Assembly (NCBI GenBank): GCA_028534125.1
Contig: CM052816.1
Span: 97,526,001 to 97,590,000, forward strand
Length of the DNA stretch: 64,000 bases
Origin: Lama glama
Taxonomy: Eukaryota
Direction: 5' to 3'
In this document: positions 1 through 12,946 of the stretch, piece by piece
How the letters are laid out: the number at the start of each line of letters is the position of its first letter
Position numbering within the stretch: position 1 is the first letter of the stretch
Made by a program: the position numbers and the translations under genes
The notes under the pieces: model-generated
What the model was told of the DNA's origin: nothing
The model's input: only the letters and a program-made list of their open reading frames with translations
Databases searched by the model: none

Positions 1-381
1 GGAGCAGCCCTTCTCAGCACGACTCTACACAGACGCTGGGAGATCGCTACATCACTAGTATCGGTGCAAGGCCTCCTCTCCATCCACCCAACCTGTAAGT
101 GAGAAAAACAGAAGAGTCTGGCTCTAGGGGAAAGTGAGCAATTTTCTTATGTGAGCCATGGTTTAAGAAATATAGGCTGAAAATGGCAATGCTCTAAAAG
201 TAAGTTGACACTTGTGAAAAAAAGGTAAGAAAAAGAAGGCTTAAGTTTGCAAATCAATTAATAAAAATCTCTATCAGGTGGCCCTCCCTCATCCCTTTAT
301 AATGTCTTTACCACACGTTTCATAAGACAAGATGAATGTCTCATGGTCCCTTTGGCCCGGAAGACAACAGTAGTAAAAAGT

Positions 382-581
382 GGTAACCATAAGATTGTTC
401 ACTATGTCTGCGAGTCTGTTTCTGTTTTGCAGATGAGTTCATAGTGTCCTTTTTTATCTTGTTTCTTTTTTATATATTAGGTATATGCATGACCGGGACA
501 TTGTGCTGTACACCAGAAATTGACACATTGTAGCCAACTGTACTTCAATTAAAAAAAATTAAATTAAAATACTTAAAAAAA
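382..581 (+). mobile_element. Young camelid-type L1 3' end with inverted 5' part
   Basis: 382-~480 is antisense L1 3'UTR (revcomp ...ggacactatgaactcatctgcaaaacagaaacagactcgcagacatagtgaacaatcttatggttacc). 481-581 is the sense terminus (gggacattgtgctgtacaccagaaattgacacattg...cttcaatt plus A-rich tail). Confidence 0.8.
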
Positions 582-2933
582 GAGCAATGTAGGGGCTGCA
601 TAAGGTTTTACTGTGAGTTACTGAAAAAGCAAGATTGGAACCCACATCTCCTGTCTCGTCTGAGCTTTCAAGGTCTTTTTGCAGTAATTCCTGCAGATGC
701 TTCAATTGCAGCCAGCCTCAGATGGGATGAGGTGCAGCCAAGGCAGGACAGGGGCAGGGAGTGGTGAGGAGGAGGAGGGTGCCCCAGCAAAGCTGCCTTG
801 GGAACACATCAACACATCTTCGGAGACACGTGGGGACATCCAAATCCTGCTTTGGTTGGGGGAAGAGATTAGGAAGCAAGGATTGCGTACAGTGTGTGTA
901 TGATGTAGCTTCAGATGAGCGCTCTTCAATTTTACACATCCAGACGGAAGCAGAAGGGGTCAAGTTTCTGAAACTTTGGCATGTGTCACGTGGGTCCAGG
1001 AATTTCTCAGGTGTCAGAAGTGCCAGTGGTGGCATCACTGGGGAGATGGCAGAGGAGGGGGCTGAGGAGACAGCGGGAGAAAGCTTCCTGAACATCTTCT
1101 CGCATAGAGTGGTCCTCGCATCACCCCATCTGGGCTGAAGTGTATAATTCAGAATGTGATAAGGATGCTCTTGATGTTTTATCAATGCAATGCACGTGTT
1201 CCTGTTTTTTTAAGAATTGTGGATCCTCAGGCCCAGAAGGCAGTGTGGCCGAGAGGCAGAGGAGGAGTTCAGGCTGACTCAGCTTCTGTCCTCGGGTCTG
1301 TGCCGGGAATGAAGGAGCCAGCAGGGTTAAAGCCCGTGCACGAAACAGCAGCTCCCTGGGGGCTGCAAACCCAGACAAAGGGAGACTGAGATGTTCTGCC
1401 CATCAGGAGAGGGGACAGCTCAGGTCGGCCTTGCCTCTGGGAGAATATCTTCCAGGAGGAATGAAAACTCCAGGCCAGAATTTTGCCTGAGTAGGAGTCC
1501 AAATTTTCTCTGCACATGAGGTGTGGGAAAATCTAATTAGGGGGATTAATATAAAAATTGGCCAGTGATACTGCTGAGCCATCTGGAAGAATTAAGTAGA
1601 AAACTAAAATTAAATGGAGGGATATTTTACCCACTGAAGCCTTATGGATTGACATACAAAGCAAGAACCATTCCAAAGTTTAAAAACCCACGTGAAGGAG
1701 TCCTCTGTAAAAACCCTAAGAGAAACAGCAAACAGCATACAGATTAGCATCAGAGGAAGCTGAAGTTTTAAAATACCAAACTGAAAAATTTACAGTAAAT
1801 AGACTTTAAATCATTAAAAAATGAAGGTAAGTTATATAAACATTTTTTAAAAATTTAAAAAGAAGAACTGTGCTAAGAAAAAAATTTAGTCATGGAGAGG
1901 AAGGAAGCATATTGGAACTCTACTTCACAGAATAACAGTAACAATTCTAGAGGCAGAAAAAATCTAATAGTGAATATGAAACGGTAAAAATTTGAGAGCT
2001 CCGGTTTCTACATGGGGATGCAGACACCCGGAAAAGGTGTGGCTTACGCTCGTATAGCAATGCAGGTTCCTGATTCAGTTGTGTCTGTCAGAGAGCTGAG
2101 GCCACAAGGCAGCGAAATAGCTCCAAGTGTGGAAAGAGACCAGTGCCTACAGGAAGATGAGACCCCAGTACTTGCTGACCTGGGTCAGATGCAGCTGGAC
2201 CCTGGTAAGTAGAATTCTGCTGGAACTGTCAAGAAATTGGAGAAGGCCGAGTGCAGACTGGAAGGAGACTGTGCCGTCCCTAGGAGAAGCAGGTGGTTGC
2301 ACGTTCCGGAAGGCCTTCTATCACGTGGTCCTTAGATACCAGAGAGAAGACTGGGGAGTCCCAAGGAAGCTACCATGGGATGGGCACAAAATTCCACCTG
2401 GCTCCTGCTTCCCCATCTTTCCTGCGGAATACAAGTCTGATCTATGGGGGTATTGTAGGCAAAACAAAATAAAACAAAACCTCAAACTGTCTTACAGCTG
2501 CAGGAAGGGAACAGAAGAAATGCCTTTGGTCCTAGAAGGGGAGGGAGTAGGACCAGGGACACAAAGGGGACCCAGAACTGCAGCTGGAGGATGGACAGGA
2601 GCATTTGTGAAGTCCCCTCCCCTGAAACCCAGGACACAAGTCCTCTAAGACTGAGGGCTAATCTGGACATCTGAGAAGTCCATCCACCCCAAACCAGGTA
2701 ACAAGCATCAATTAAAAGTAATTGTGAAATACTGCTAGGAAATACACAAGAGACAGACTCTCCCTGAAGATCTAGGGAAGGGATGACTTAAAGCTGAGGT
2801 GAGGCGGATCTGAGGAGAAATCTCTAGAAAGCCAGCCTCCATACTACAGGTATTGCTGGAAGAATTTGAAGCCAGTGGTGCATTGAAATAATCAAAACAA
2901 CAGCCTCAAAACCAGCCCAGCTCCTAAGTAGAT

Positions 2934-3143
2934 CAAGGGTCAACACACCATGGCCCCAGATCAGATCTGGCCCACTGCCTGCTCAGCGAATAAAGTTTTA
3001 TTGGGACACAGCCACACCCACCTGTTTACGTACTGTCAGGGGTTACTTTCACGCTGCGCTGGTGGAGTTGTAGAGAGCTTACCGCTCACAAGTCTGACAT
3101 ACTAGTTAGCTGGCTGTTTACAAAAAATGTGTGCTGATCTTTT
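2934..3143 (+). mobile_element. MER58A-like hAT MITE
   Basis: ggcccactgcctg...aataaagttttattgggacacagccacaccca...tttacaaaaaatgtgtgctga matches recalled MER58A. Flanks aagtagat/cactagat resemble an 8-bp hAT TSD. Confidence 0.8.
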
Positions 3144-3282
3144 CACTAGATTAACACAAAACTCCCCAGGAAGGGATGAGTGAAAGAAAAGATATGCCTA
3201 TTTCCAAATGTAAAACTATTCATTCAGTTTCCACGGTACTATGGGCATCTTTCAACAACAACAAAAAAACCTCCGGGGTTTG

Positions 3283-3372
3283 AGGGGTGGTGTAGCTCAG
3301 TGATAGGATGCGTGCTTGGCGTGCATGAGATCCTGTGGTCAATCCCCAGAGACTCTGTTAAGGAAAAAAACC
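3283..3372 (+). mobile_element. Vic-1-type tRNA-derived SINE (diverged copy)
   Basis: A-box-like tgtagctcagtgatag, B-box-like ggtcaatccc and an A-rich tail. Similar to the copy at 36527. Confidence 0.75.
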
Positions 3373-3711
3373 AAACTTCAAAGCATACCAAAAAAAGAGC
3401 AACAAACTTCCCCCAAACAGAAAAATAAACAGAACCAAACTCAGATATGATACAGATGTTATAATTATCTGACTAGGAATTTAAAATAACTATTACTAAT
3501 ACGTTCATGTTGAAGAATTTAATAGAAAAGGTGTATAACATGAAAGATCAGATGAATAAATCAGCAGAGAGATGGAAACTGTAAATCAAATACAAATGTT
3601 AGAAATGAAAAACACAGTACCAGAGATGCAGAATGCTTTCTATGGACTCTACCTGAAAACACGTCAATGAAAATTAGCCAACTGAAACACAAAGAGGAAA
3701 AGACTGAAAAA

Positions 3712-3811
3712 NNNNNNNNNNNNNNNNNNNNNNNNNNNNNNNNNNNNNNNNNNNNNNNNNNNNNNNNNNNNNNNNNNNNNNNNNNNNNNNNNNNNNNNNN
3801 NNNNNNNNNNN
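3712..3811. other. Assembly gap (100 N, probably unknown size) inside old L1
   Basis: Run of exactly 100 N. Confidence 0.99.
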
Positions 3812-4710
3812 GCAGGAAGAATGAAGTATCAAACAGAAGCATGGGTGAATCTACAGCAAAAAAAAGTGTGGAAAATGTAATAAATGAAGGTAATATAAAG
3901 TTCCTTTTCCTTTTCTTTTTAATTGCTCTAAAGGATAACTAACTTTACACAGCAAAGATTTAACAGTTTATGGTGTGTGTAAAAGTAAACTGTATAGCAA
4001 TAATATCACAAGTAAGAGGGAAGAATTTATGTATACATTTATTATATATATTCTTATGCCTAATAGAATATATAGTTGTAAGGTGCTTATATCGCATGTA
4101 AAGAAGTATAATATTAATTGAATATAGATTCTTATTAGATAAATATCTACATTTTAAACCCTAGGGCAACCATAAAAAATTTTTTAAAAGAGATGTAAAT
4201 AATAACTCAACAATAGAAGTAAAAACAGAAATCACAAAAATTGTTCAAACAACTCAAGAAAGGAAAAAATGAAAAAATAAACAAACAAAAGATTAAGTGA
4301 GTAGAAAGCTGCTAGGAATGTGATATGTTTTAATCCAAAAATATCAACAATTACATTTAAATGAAATAATTAACACACAAAGTGAAAAATACTGTTAGGT
4401 TGGATAAAAATAAGACCCACCTCTATGTTATATATAAGAAAGTCACTATAAATATAAAGGCACAGATAAGTGAAAACTAATAGGATGGGAAAAGATGTAC
4501 ATCAGAAGAAAGCTGTCGTACTTATGCTTATTTCATACATTACGTTTGAAGTAAACAAAACAAGGAAAATGGTCAGAGTTAAAGTAGGGCATTACATAAT
4601 GATAAGAAGATCAGTTCTTAAAAGAAGACATAATAAATGTGTGCACACTTGACAAAGGACTTCAAAGTATTGAAGGAAAACTGACGGAACTGGAAGAAGA
4701 AACAGACAAA

Positions 4711-4803
4711 ATTTTTTCTTTTTATTGAAGTGCAATCAGTTACAATGGGTCAATTTCTGGTGTACAGCACAATGTCCCAGGCATGCATGTACATACATAT
4801 ATT
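4711..4803 (-). mobile_element. Short, 5'-truncated young L1 3' end inserted in the old L1
   Basis: T-rich tail followed by attgaagtgcaatcagttacaatgggtcaatttctggtgtacagcacaatgtcccag, the reverse complement of the terminus at 481-550. Confidence 0.85.
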
Positions 4804-5399
4804 TAATTAGAGTTGGAGTCTTCAACATTCCTCTCTCTATACTTAAAAGAACAAATAGGCAGAAAGTCAGTAAAGATATAGGAGACTTGAACGAACAACT
4901 TCACTAAGTTGATACTTCACTGGACAACAGCAGAATAACTTTTTTTAATTATGTGTGGAAAATTCCTTGAGATCACACTCTGGGCTATAAGCAAATTCTA
5001 ACAAATTTAAAAGAATAAAAAGCATAGTTAAGTAGTTTCTCAACTCTTGAATTAAAACTAAAACCCAGTAACAGAAAGACATCTGGAAAATCTGCAAATA
5101 TTTGGAAATTAAACAATATACTTCATAACTACCCATGGGTTGAAGAGGAAGTGCATAGTAAGATTAAAAATATTTTAAGCTGAATGAAAATTATGAAAAT
5201 ACATTTCAAAATTTGTAGAATGTAGTTAAAATAGTGCTAACACAAAATTTATAGCAAAAACTACTCATATTAGGAAAGAAAGGAGCTCTCAAACCTGTAA
5301 TCTAAGCTTCCACCTTAAGAAACAAGGGGAAAAAAAGAGAAAATGAAATACTTCACTCCAGTTGGTAGTTTGGTTTCTACAGGGCTTATTGGTTAGCCA

Positions 5400-5640
5400 T
5401 TCGAAAACAAACAAAAATCAAACAGAGGGAGATCTCTGAAAACAAAACTGACAGATACTCTTCAACTTCATCAAAGATGAGGAAACACTGAGACCCCGTC
5501 AAAGACTGAAGGAGACTGAGGAGACAGGACGAGTAACGGTACTGTGTTTCCCTGCATCGCATCCTGGAATAGAAAAGGGACGTAAATTTTAAAAACGGGC
5601 GCAATCCGAATAAAGTCTTGTCTGTTGATGAATGTTGCTG
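5400..5640 (+). mobile_element. L1MC-type 3' UTR fragment
   Basis: gactgaaggagactgaggagaca...atcctggaatagaaaagggac...aatccgaataaagtct. Similar to 18760-19000. Confidence 0.6.
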
Positions 5641-6989
5641 TAGCTTATTCATTTTCTCTTCTATTTGATATTCTATTATATGCACAAATTATCAAGTGTC
5701 ACAGAGAAAAAAGCCTAAAGATATAGACTATCTTGATGATATTATATATGTATCTGAGTATGTATACATAAATAAATGTGTCTGTAATCCCACATATGTA
5801 TCATAGATGTAGTAGCACATATATATCAAATAATAAAAACATGCGTGGAAATAAATTATCTCAACCCCAGGAGACTATGTGTGTGAAAAGACGAGAAGAA
5901 ATTTGTATGAATCTTCAACACTTTATTCCCTTTAAGAAAGCTCATAGAGATCGAACACTGATTTTCCAAATTAGTGGGAAAAAGACATTGGCTTAACATT
6001 TTCCATCATTAGAACTCAAAGGTTTACCACTGTACTATCAGCACGTTCCCTTGCAGAGATTTTCTTTGCAGCTAGATTATTTAAGTCCAGTAAATACAGG
6101 AGGATTCCTTTCTAAAGAGCTTTAGATAAACTCATTTCTAAACAAAAGTGAACAAATGAAAAACAGTAAACTAATAGACTTTACAGGCATATTCAAAAGC
6201 TGGTTAGTTACAAAAAGAAAAATCACAAAGCCCTGGCTTATCTAATCAGAAAATGGAATGTGCCCACAGATAAGTTTCTCTGAGGCACAGGAGAGGGTAC
6301 GTGTTTAAGCAAATCACGTGGTCGCTGCCAGCATCTGTTCCATCTCTCGCCTGTGGCCACCCACTCCCCCAGAGCTTGCTCCTCCTCATTCAACTAAATT
6401 AAATAGAAAGAAGTTCAAAATATTTTTGGATGAGTTAGAAGAAGGGGAAAATCTGAGGCTTGAGACTAGTACCGTTAAGACAGGTTTGTGAACTGAGATG
6501 AGTCCCCGTCCTGGTACCCCGCCGCTGCTCACTGTTACCACGGCTACCCACGTAGCCACGCTGGAGGGAGCTTCAGAAAAATCAGCGTTGTCAGCCGTCA
6601 GCCTGAAAAGATGGCGAGGGTCGCGTGCCCAGAGGCCCCGCCCATGTTCTTACCCTCCCTTCCGCACACATTTACTTCCCGTGAACCCCCTTGTCTGCAG
6701 ATATCCCCCAAATGGAGACTCAGGTGGCAATCTCTCTATTCTGGCTGGCTAATGGATGAAGCAGGGTGATAACTCTTTGAAGCCAATCAAATTCTAAATC
6801 TTAGGAGTGAATGATCCACTCCAGTTGATGACAGACTCAGGGTCTTAATTGCTTTATGCCTTGTGCTTAATGGTGCTAGATCAGAACAAGACCCAGTACT
6901 CACAGTTTGAATGAATTAATTAAATGACCTACAGGCAGGCTAAGCCTTCTGGGGACGCTGGGCTCGCCTTCTGCTTTCATAATCTCACA

Positions 6990-7270
6990 TTTGCTCCTGT
7001 CCTTCCAAGAACAGTATGTTCTCCTCTGTGCCCTTCTCCTCCTGAGGTCCTAGTTCAAATGACACGAGAAGCCTTTCTTGACACGTCCTCTCTCTGCTGA
7101 TATTATGAAAGTTCTTGCATATCTTATTAAATTTAGTATATGGCATTTGAGTGACTAGTTTATAAGCTATGACTATGAGTCTTGGAAGAATTATTCTAGA
7201 TCTTTTTTGACTCTGTTTTGAACAAATGTCAGAATTCCCATCCTACAGTGATGCTCAAGAAATATTTTAA
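6990..7270 (+). mobile_element. L2 3' remnant
   Basis: gttcaaatgacac...gaagcctttcttgac and cagtgatgctcaagaaatatt resemble the L2 3' end. Confidence 0.45.
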
Positions 7271-8236
7271 TATGGTACCAAATCTCTCTTTCTATGGTGC
7301 TGTATTGATGTATGACTACACAAGAATGATCATTAAATCATCCAAATGATTTTTGGAAATCTCTTTTATCCAAGTGTATCTTAAAAATTGGAGCTGCTAA
7401 CTGACATTTAAGAAAGCAAGGAAGTTGATCAAAATGCCTGGGGGGAGAAAGACTTCTGAAATAATGACACCAATTAGGAGTCCCTAAAAATCCAACCTAC
7501 AGACTGGTGTTGGTGTGGAGGGAGGAGCTCACTAATGGACGTTGGTTACTAATGTGGTTTTGTGTAACTCTGTGAAAGTCTCCACGTAACCTTCGGGGAC
7601 ATCATTCTTCTCAGCTGTGAGCTGAGAGGACTGAAGCTAACATCTCTAAGATTATTTTATTCTACAATTCTATGACTGATATTAAATATAACTTATTAAG
7701 AAGTTTTAAATTTTTATAAAGATAGTGACAAATGCCAAATTTTGTTTAGTTATTGAAACAGCAGCTTAACTACTGATGTTTTCCCCCCAAAACCTTGTTT
7801 TTGAGGAATATCATCTTACATAGTAAAACAGGGAATGACAGCTTTTGACTCTTTGTTCCTAGAACACAATTTGAACACAAGGTATCTTTTGAAAGTGATA
7901 CAAGCTGATCACAGATCCCAGGATTTGAACTGTCTCAAAACCTCCCTGCAGATCTGTAACCTGATGATGACGTCCATACTCAGTAGAAACCAGTCCAGTG
8001 AGACAGATGGACCGCACAGAGGTGTGAAAAAACATTCTGTGCCATTAAAGACACCCCAGTAGGTCATGACACCTTACTAATGATGAAAATGTCAAATTGT
8101 GTATTTTTAAGTTAATCAGAAAAAATCAATAAGCGTTTTAGTAGGTATTTATAAAATATACATATTTTGGGAGTGTTTTAGGGATTTTAAGAAAAAATTA
8201 AAGTCATATCCTTCCAAGAAACTATAGAAATTTCAG

Positions 8237-8659
8237 TGTTACAGTGGTTTGAATCATGTCCCCCAAATTCATGTCCATCTGAAACCTCAGAATGTGACCT
8301 TATTTGGAAATGGGATCTTTGAAGACAGTATTAATGAAGTTAAGGGGAGGTTGTCCTGCATTGGTTAGGCTCCAAATCTAAGGACTCGTGTTCCTCTAAG
8401 AAGATGAGAGGACACTTAGGTACACAGAGGGAGGAAGGATACAGAGGGGACACGTGAGGATGGAAGCAGCGACTGAAGTGACGGCAGCTGGCAGCTGTAG
8501 CCAATGAAGACCAAGGACTGAGGCAAGGAGGGACTCCTCCCCGGAGTCTTCAGAGAGAGCATGGCTCTGAGCTTCTAGAACTGTGAGAGAATAAGTTTCT
8601 GCTGTTTCAAGCCACCACGTTTGCAGGAATTTGTTATGGCGGCCCCTGGAACTAACACA
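8237..8659 (+). mobile_element. MLT1C-like MaLR solo LTR
   Basis: cctcagaatgtgaccttatttggaaatggg...ctagaactgtgagagaataagtttctgctgtttcaagccacc...ttgttatggcggcccctggaactaacaca. Confidence 0.85.
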
Positions 8660-8689
8660 GGAGTGAAGCTGGATTATAGAATAAGAAAC

Positions 8690-8905
8690 AGGGATGGGAG
8701 ATGGCATGCACCCTGCTCTGACTGTGAGCTTTATCCAAGTACTTGTACTCAGTGTAATTCTTACAATTACCTTGTGAGGCAACTATTGTTACCTCTGCTT
8801 TACAAAATGAATAACTGAGTTTCAGAGAAGCGGAGAGACTCGTTCACAGTCGTACAGATGGTTAAGTGGTGGATGAGACTGGCAATCAGATCCTGCCCTA
8901 AAACA
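8690..8905 (-). mobile_element. MIR SINE
   Basis: taattcttacaattaccttgtgagg...tttacaaaatgaataactgagtttcagagaag core. Confidence 0.7.
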
Positions 8906-11169
8906 TCTCATTGTGGGAACAGAGGGCTCCACCAAATAACTAAAGATACCGCGAGAAGAGGGAGGCAACACAGCTGCAGTTGTCAAAAGGGAGAAGCGGG
9001 AGGCGTGGACAGTCACTGACGAGAGGAGGCGGCAGTCACGTGTGGCCATTCCAGCCCAGGCGGCGCCTCACCTGAGCTGCTCAGCAGCCTCACCGGGGCT
9101 CTGAAGCCTGCTGCCTCCGATCGCAGGAGCCGCCGGGGACAATCCGAAGGCAGCGTGAGTCCCGCTGTTCTCTGAAGGAGTTTCCAAGCCCGGTCTCCGT
9201 GAGGAACGGTCAAGCTGTGTGAAGTGGGCACACGTAGAAAATGGAACTGGATGGTGACATGGGAACCGAGGCTGAGGAGGCTGGTGTGTCCTAAAATGTG
9301 GCTCTCCTGATCGCAACACGTTTCACTGTGTCACTCCTCTAGTGGCTTGGCCCTGCAAGGATTACAAAGGTGGACGACGTTGTCATGTAACGTGCAGGGT
9401 AAGTGGCCCAGTCTTAGGCAGCTCATCCATTCCCACCCTCCCCATCCTGCAGAAGAGCCACCCTCTGATTTCAAGTGGACCAGCTCCGTGACTCCATCTT
9501 TTCAGGCCTTACTGGAAATCAGTGTCTGTGAGTAAAATTTCATTGTGTGATGGTCCCCGAGTTGCCCTTGTTCATGCATGGCTCACTTTATAAAACAGGC
9601 CTTCAAAAAGTTGCCAGTGAAATGCGTACCTATGTGTTGAACAATGTTCCCATTTGATTACTTAATGAAGTCGAAATACTAAAACACTAGGATTAAGTAA
9701 GATTACTTCTCAGAATTGTGAGTCTTGGCCCTATTGCCAAGGAAGGAGGCATTCTGTGACCCTGGTTGTGTCTGACACATGGCAGCAAGCCTGCCAAGCC
9801 GTGCAGCCCCTCCAGCCCCTCACGCGTCTGGTGGCCCTCCGGCTGCTTTGTTCCCAGGTCCTTCGTGTCTGTGCTTCACTCCTCGTGGTTTCTGCTCGCC
9901 CTGGACCAGGTCTCAGAATCTCTGCCGCTCCCTGCACTGAGCAGTCTTAGTGAACCCTGCCCACTCAAGCTCACTGAAACATTAACTGAAGCTGGGCAAT
10001 GACAACATTTCCATTGTTTCCAGAAGACCCGCAGTTGGACATACACCCCGGTGACCACAGGCTACCTCTCTTAACCGTAACTGCTACTACAGTTGTGAAT
10101 TTTGTGCTGTTCCAGATTACGTCCCTGTGAAATTAAGCAGACCATCGGCTGATTCAGTGAAAACCAGGTAAAGGTGGCCGAGAGGAAGAAACTCGCTTCG
10201 TATGTTCAAGACTAGAAAGTGCTAGAAAACACCCCAGAACGTGGTGATTACTGACTGCCCCCGCTTTTTCTGCTGCTGCAGCGGCTGAAATTTCCACCAC
10301 CTCGCTGACCGCGTGTTAAATGTGCCCCCCCCACCAAGTGGCTGATAATAGCCTTCATTCTATCACACTGGGCTCCCAGGGTGGGGCGAAGAGGGAAGCC
10401 CTGCTCGGTTCCAGCTTACTGGTCAAAGCCAATTTTAAGTGATTTATTTTGTCTAGGAAATGGCAGGTCCGTGCGGGGAGTGAAGATCAAATAACTCTGT
10501 GTTTGTTGAGAAAAGGACATTTAGTCCTAGAAATCCCACCCAGAACAGGAAGCCAACACGGCCCCTCGGAGGCTCGTTAGCCACCGTCAGACCCAGGTGT
10601 GGTCCCCAGAGCAGGGAGCGGGTGCCAGCGAGGGGCAGGCAGCACCTCTGCTCATCTGGTCGTGGGCTCCTTAATCAGTAACTAAACTCGAAAAATAGGG
10701 CTGGAGCCAGGGACCCACCTTCGGTTGTTTTGTTTCTCTTTCTCCTTTTCCTCCCTACTGTCCTTTGGGCATCTACTCCTATAAATCTCTCTATTTTCCT
10801 CCAAAAAGCATGCTCCCTCTGCTCTCTGATGAACAGAACTAGGTGGGGTGGGGTTCTGAGTGTGTCCTGGGAGACCCCCTCCCATCAGGGTTGAAGACCT
10901 TTGGTTGTGGTGAGATTGCACGTGGACCCGGGGATGGGCTGCACACAAGGAGCTCCCCCCGGAGGTGCTGCAGAAGGACCAGTCAGCCCGACTGCCTGCC
11001 ATGGGCTGGCCCCTGCCCTCCATCTGTGGGATGAGTGAGCACTGAGGCCCAGGATCAGAAGCCCAGAAAGACCTAGACACCCGGAGAGAGCTGGGTCTGC
11101 ACGCGGGCCGGAGAGTGTGGCCGGGGAAGGCTGAGTTGCTGTGGGTGCTGGAATAAATTTTCATGCTTT

Positions 11170-11360
11170 ATTTGAAGCCAGAGAGACCTGACCTGCAATG
11201 CCTGCCTTTTAGCAGCTGAGGGGTGTGGGAAACCTAACCACTTGAAGCTTCGGTTTCCTCGTCTACGTCATGAGAGGGAATGACTCCTAACGCTCAAGGC
11301 TGCTGTGAAGATCAAATATGCAAACATGCTTGGCTGGTGCAGGGTCTGCTGAGCAAAGCG
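11170..11360 (+). mobile_element. MIR SINE
   Basis: gcttcggtttcctcgtct...gctgtgaagatcaaat core. Confidence 0.6.
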
Positions 11361-11806
11361 CATTTTCCCCTGAATTTTGTATTAGACTTCTGTGCAGAAC
11401 TGTGTTTGAAGGTAAGGGCAAACTACTGAAGAGAAAAAGAGAGATTGAATTCTCAGCTTTCATCCATAAAATGTATCTCACTGGTGAGACTTTCTGATTT
11501 TGTGGTAGACTGGTTAGGAAAGAATATTGAAGGACAGTCAATGGCTGACTGGATAAAGAAGATATGTGTGTGTATGTGTATCACAAATTCAGCATCCATA
11601 GCATCCATCAAGTCAGTCCGCTCCCAGTCCTGGAATTCCAGCTCCTCGGCCATTCCTGACAGTCCCCCGAAGCCTCTTCCCCCATGGCCACTGTCATTCC
11701 CTACATGTTTCCAACTGCCCTGATTAGATCACTGTCCGGACCTCACTGTAAAGCCTTCAGTTCCCAGATAACCGCCTTCAAACCCACAGGTCACTGTCTC
11801 TTGGGC

Positions 11807-11993
11807 CAGGGTCTCCAGATTAAATATAAGGTGCCCAGTTAAATTTGAGTTTCAGATAAACAGTTTCATATTTACAAAATGATCATGCCCATAAAACATT
11901 TGCAGGGAGACTTTTACCAAAATATTGTTTTTATTCTGAAATTCAAATTAACTGGGCATCCTGGGTTATTACTTGCCAAATCTGGTAACCTTA
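11807..11993. mobile_element. MER53 palindromic MITE
   Basis: Complementary arms gcccagttaaatttgagtttcagataaaca and tgtttttattctgaaattcaaattaactgggc. Ends cagggtctccagat and aaatctggtaacctta. Confidence 0.85.
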
Positions 11994-12793
11994 CCTTGAA
12001 CCCCAATTCTAACATCTCGGACTGAACTGGGGTCTTTAAACCTTTTGTCTGACCTTATTTTGGGGTCAACATTTCTATGTCTTCTTCCCAGGACTTCAGT
12101 TCCTCACCCCTCCTTGCCATCATCTCCATATTTGCCTGGCAGAGTCCCAACGCCAGTTAAATCAATTCACTGTCTGCTGTGTGCCTGCATCTGAAGGGCT
12201 TAATGTGGACTGAGAGAAAAAAGTCATTGTGCTGATTGGCCTTTCTTTTTAATTTCTAGCCATGAATCCTCAGCGGGTCCTCAGCGCTGCCCAGTCATCC
12301 CACTGTATTTCTTTGCAAAGAGTTTTCATGCTCCCAGAGAAAACGATTCAGGCCTTCTGATTTTTCTTAAACCTCAACACCAGCTTCCCTGCTTATTTGC
12401 AACTGATGATCATGTTTCTTATTTCACCGAGGAAGCAGAAAACAAAAAAAGCAACTTCGTCTCCCATCACCAAACGAGCCGGGCTCCCTGCAGCGAGGCC
12501 CCGGGCTCTGTCTCCCCTCCTGCTTCTACTTAGGGCTGGCCCTCCACCTGGACACTGGGTCTCATTCTTTTGCCTCCTTTAGATCACTGTTTTTGTAATT
12601 ATCTACTTCATCATTAAATGTTCCCATCGTTCATAGATCATGGCAATCATCAAAAAAATGTTATATTAGGTCATATCTTTAAAAAAAACAAAACCCCTTT
12701 ATCCCATTTCCCTTGTCCTCCTTTGCTATGGTGGGGAGTAGGTCTGTGGCTCTGCTCACCTTTGTAGCGAAAGACCTCAACCGAGTTGTGGAA

Positions 12794-12946
12794 CCAATGC
12801 TTCTTCAACTTGCACAGGGACAACCTCGTCAAAACACAGCTCTGATTCAGTAAGTCTGGGGCAGAGCCTGAGATTCTGAATATTTAAGAAGCTCACAGGT
12901 GATGCCAATACTTCGAGGCCAGAGAGATTGCTTCGAGGAGCAATGG
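12794..12946. mobile_element. MER5-family hAT-Charlie MITE
   Basis: tctgattcagtaagtctggggcagagcctgagattctgaatatttaagaagctcacaggtgatgcc. Confidence 0.8.

Larger units (their letters stand above)
1760..5345 (+). mobile_element. Old L1M element: 5' region, ORF1 remnant and ORF2 endonuclease region, decayed and interrupted by younger insertions
   Basis: A-rich sense strand with L1 ORF2-like tracts (ataagacccacctctatg, agttggagtcttcaacattcctctctc, ggaaattaaacaatatacttc, atattaggaaagaa...ctaagcttccaccttaagaaac). No intact ORF. Confidence 0.75.

Noticed and set aside
718-1185. Overlapping 125-155 aa ORFs on both strands
   Set aside because: No recognisable protein family; consistent with chance in moderately GC-rich DNA.
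11807-11993. MER53 hairpin as a miR-1302-type precursor
   Set aside because: MER53 is the known source of the miR-1302 family, but the corresponding segment here (tttgcagggagacttttaccaaa) has lost the ttgggacatactta seed region and the central stem is degraded.
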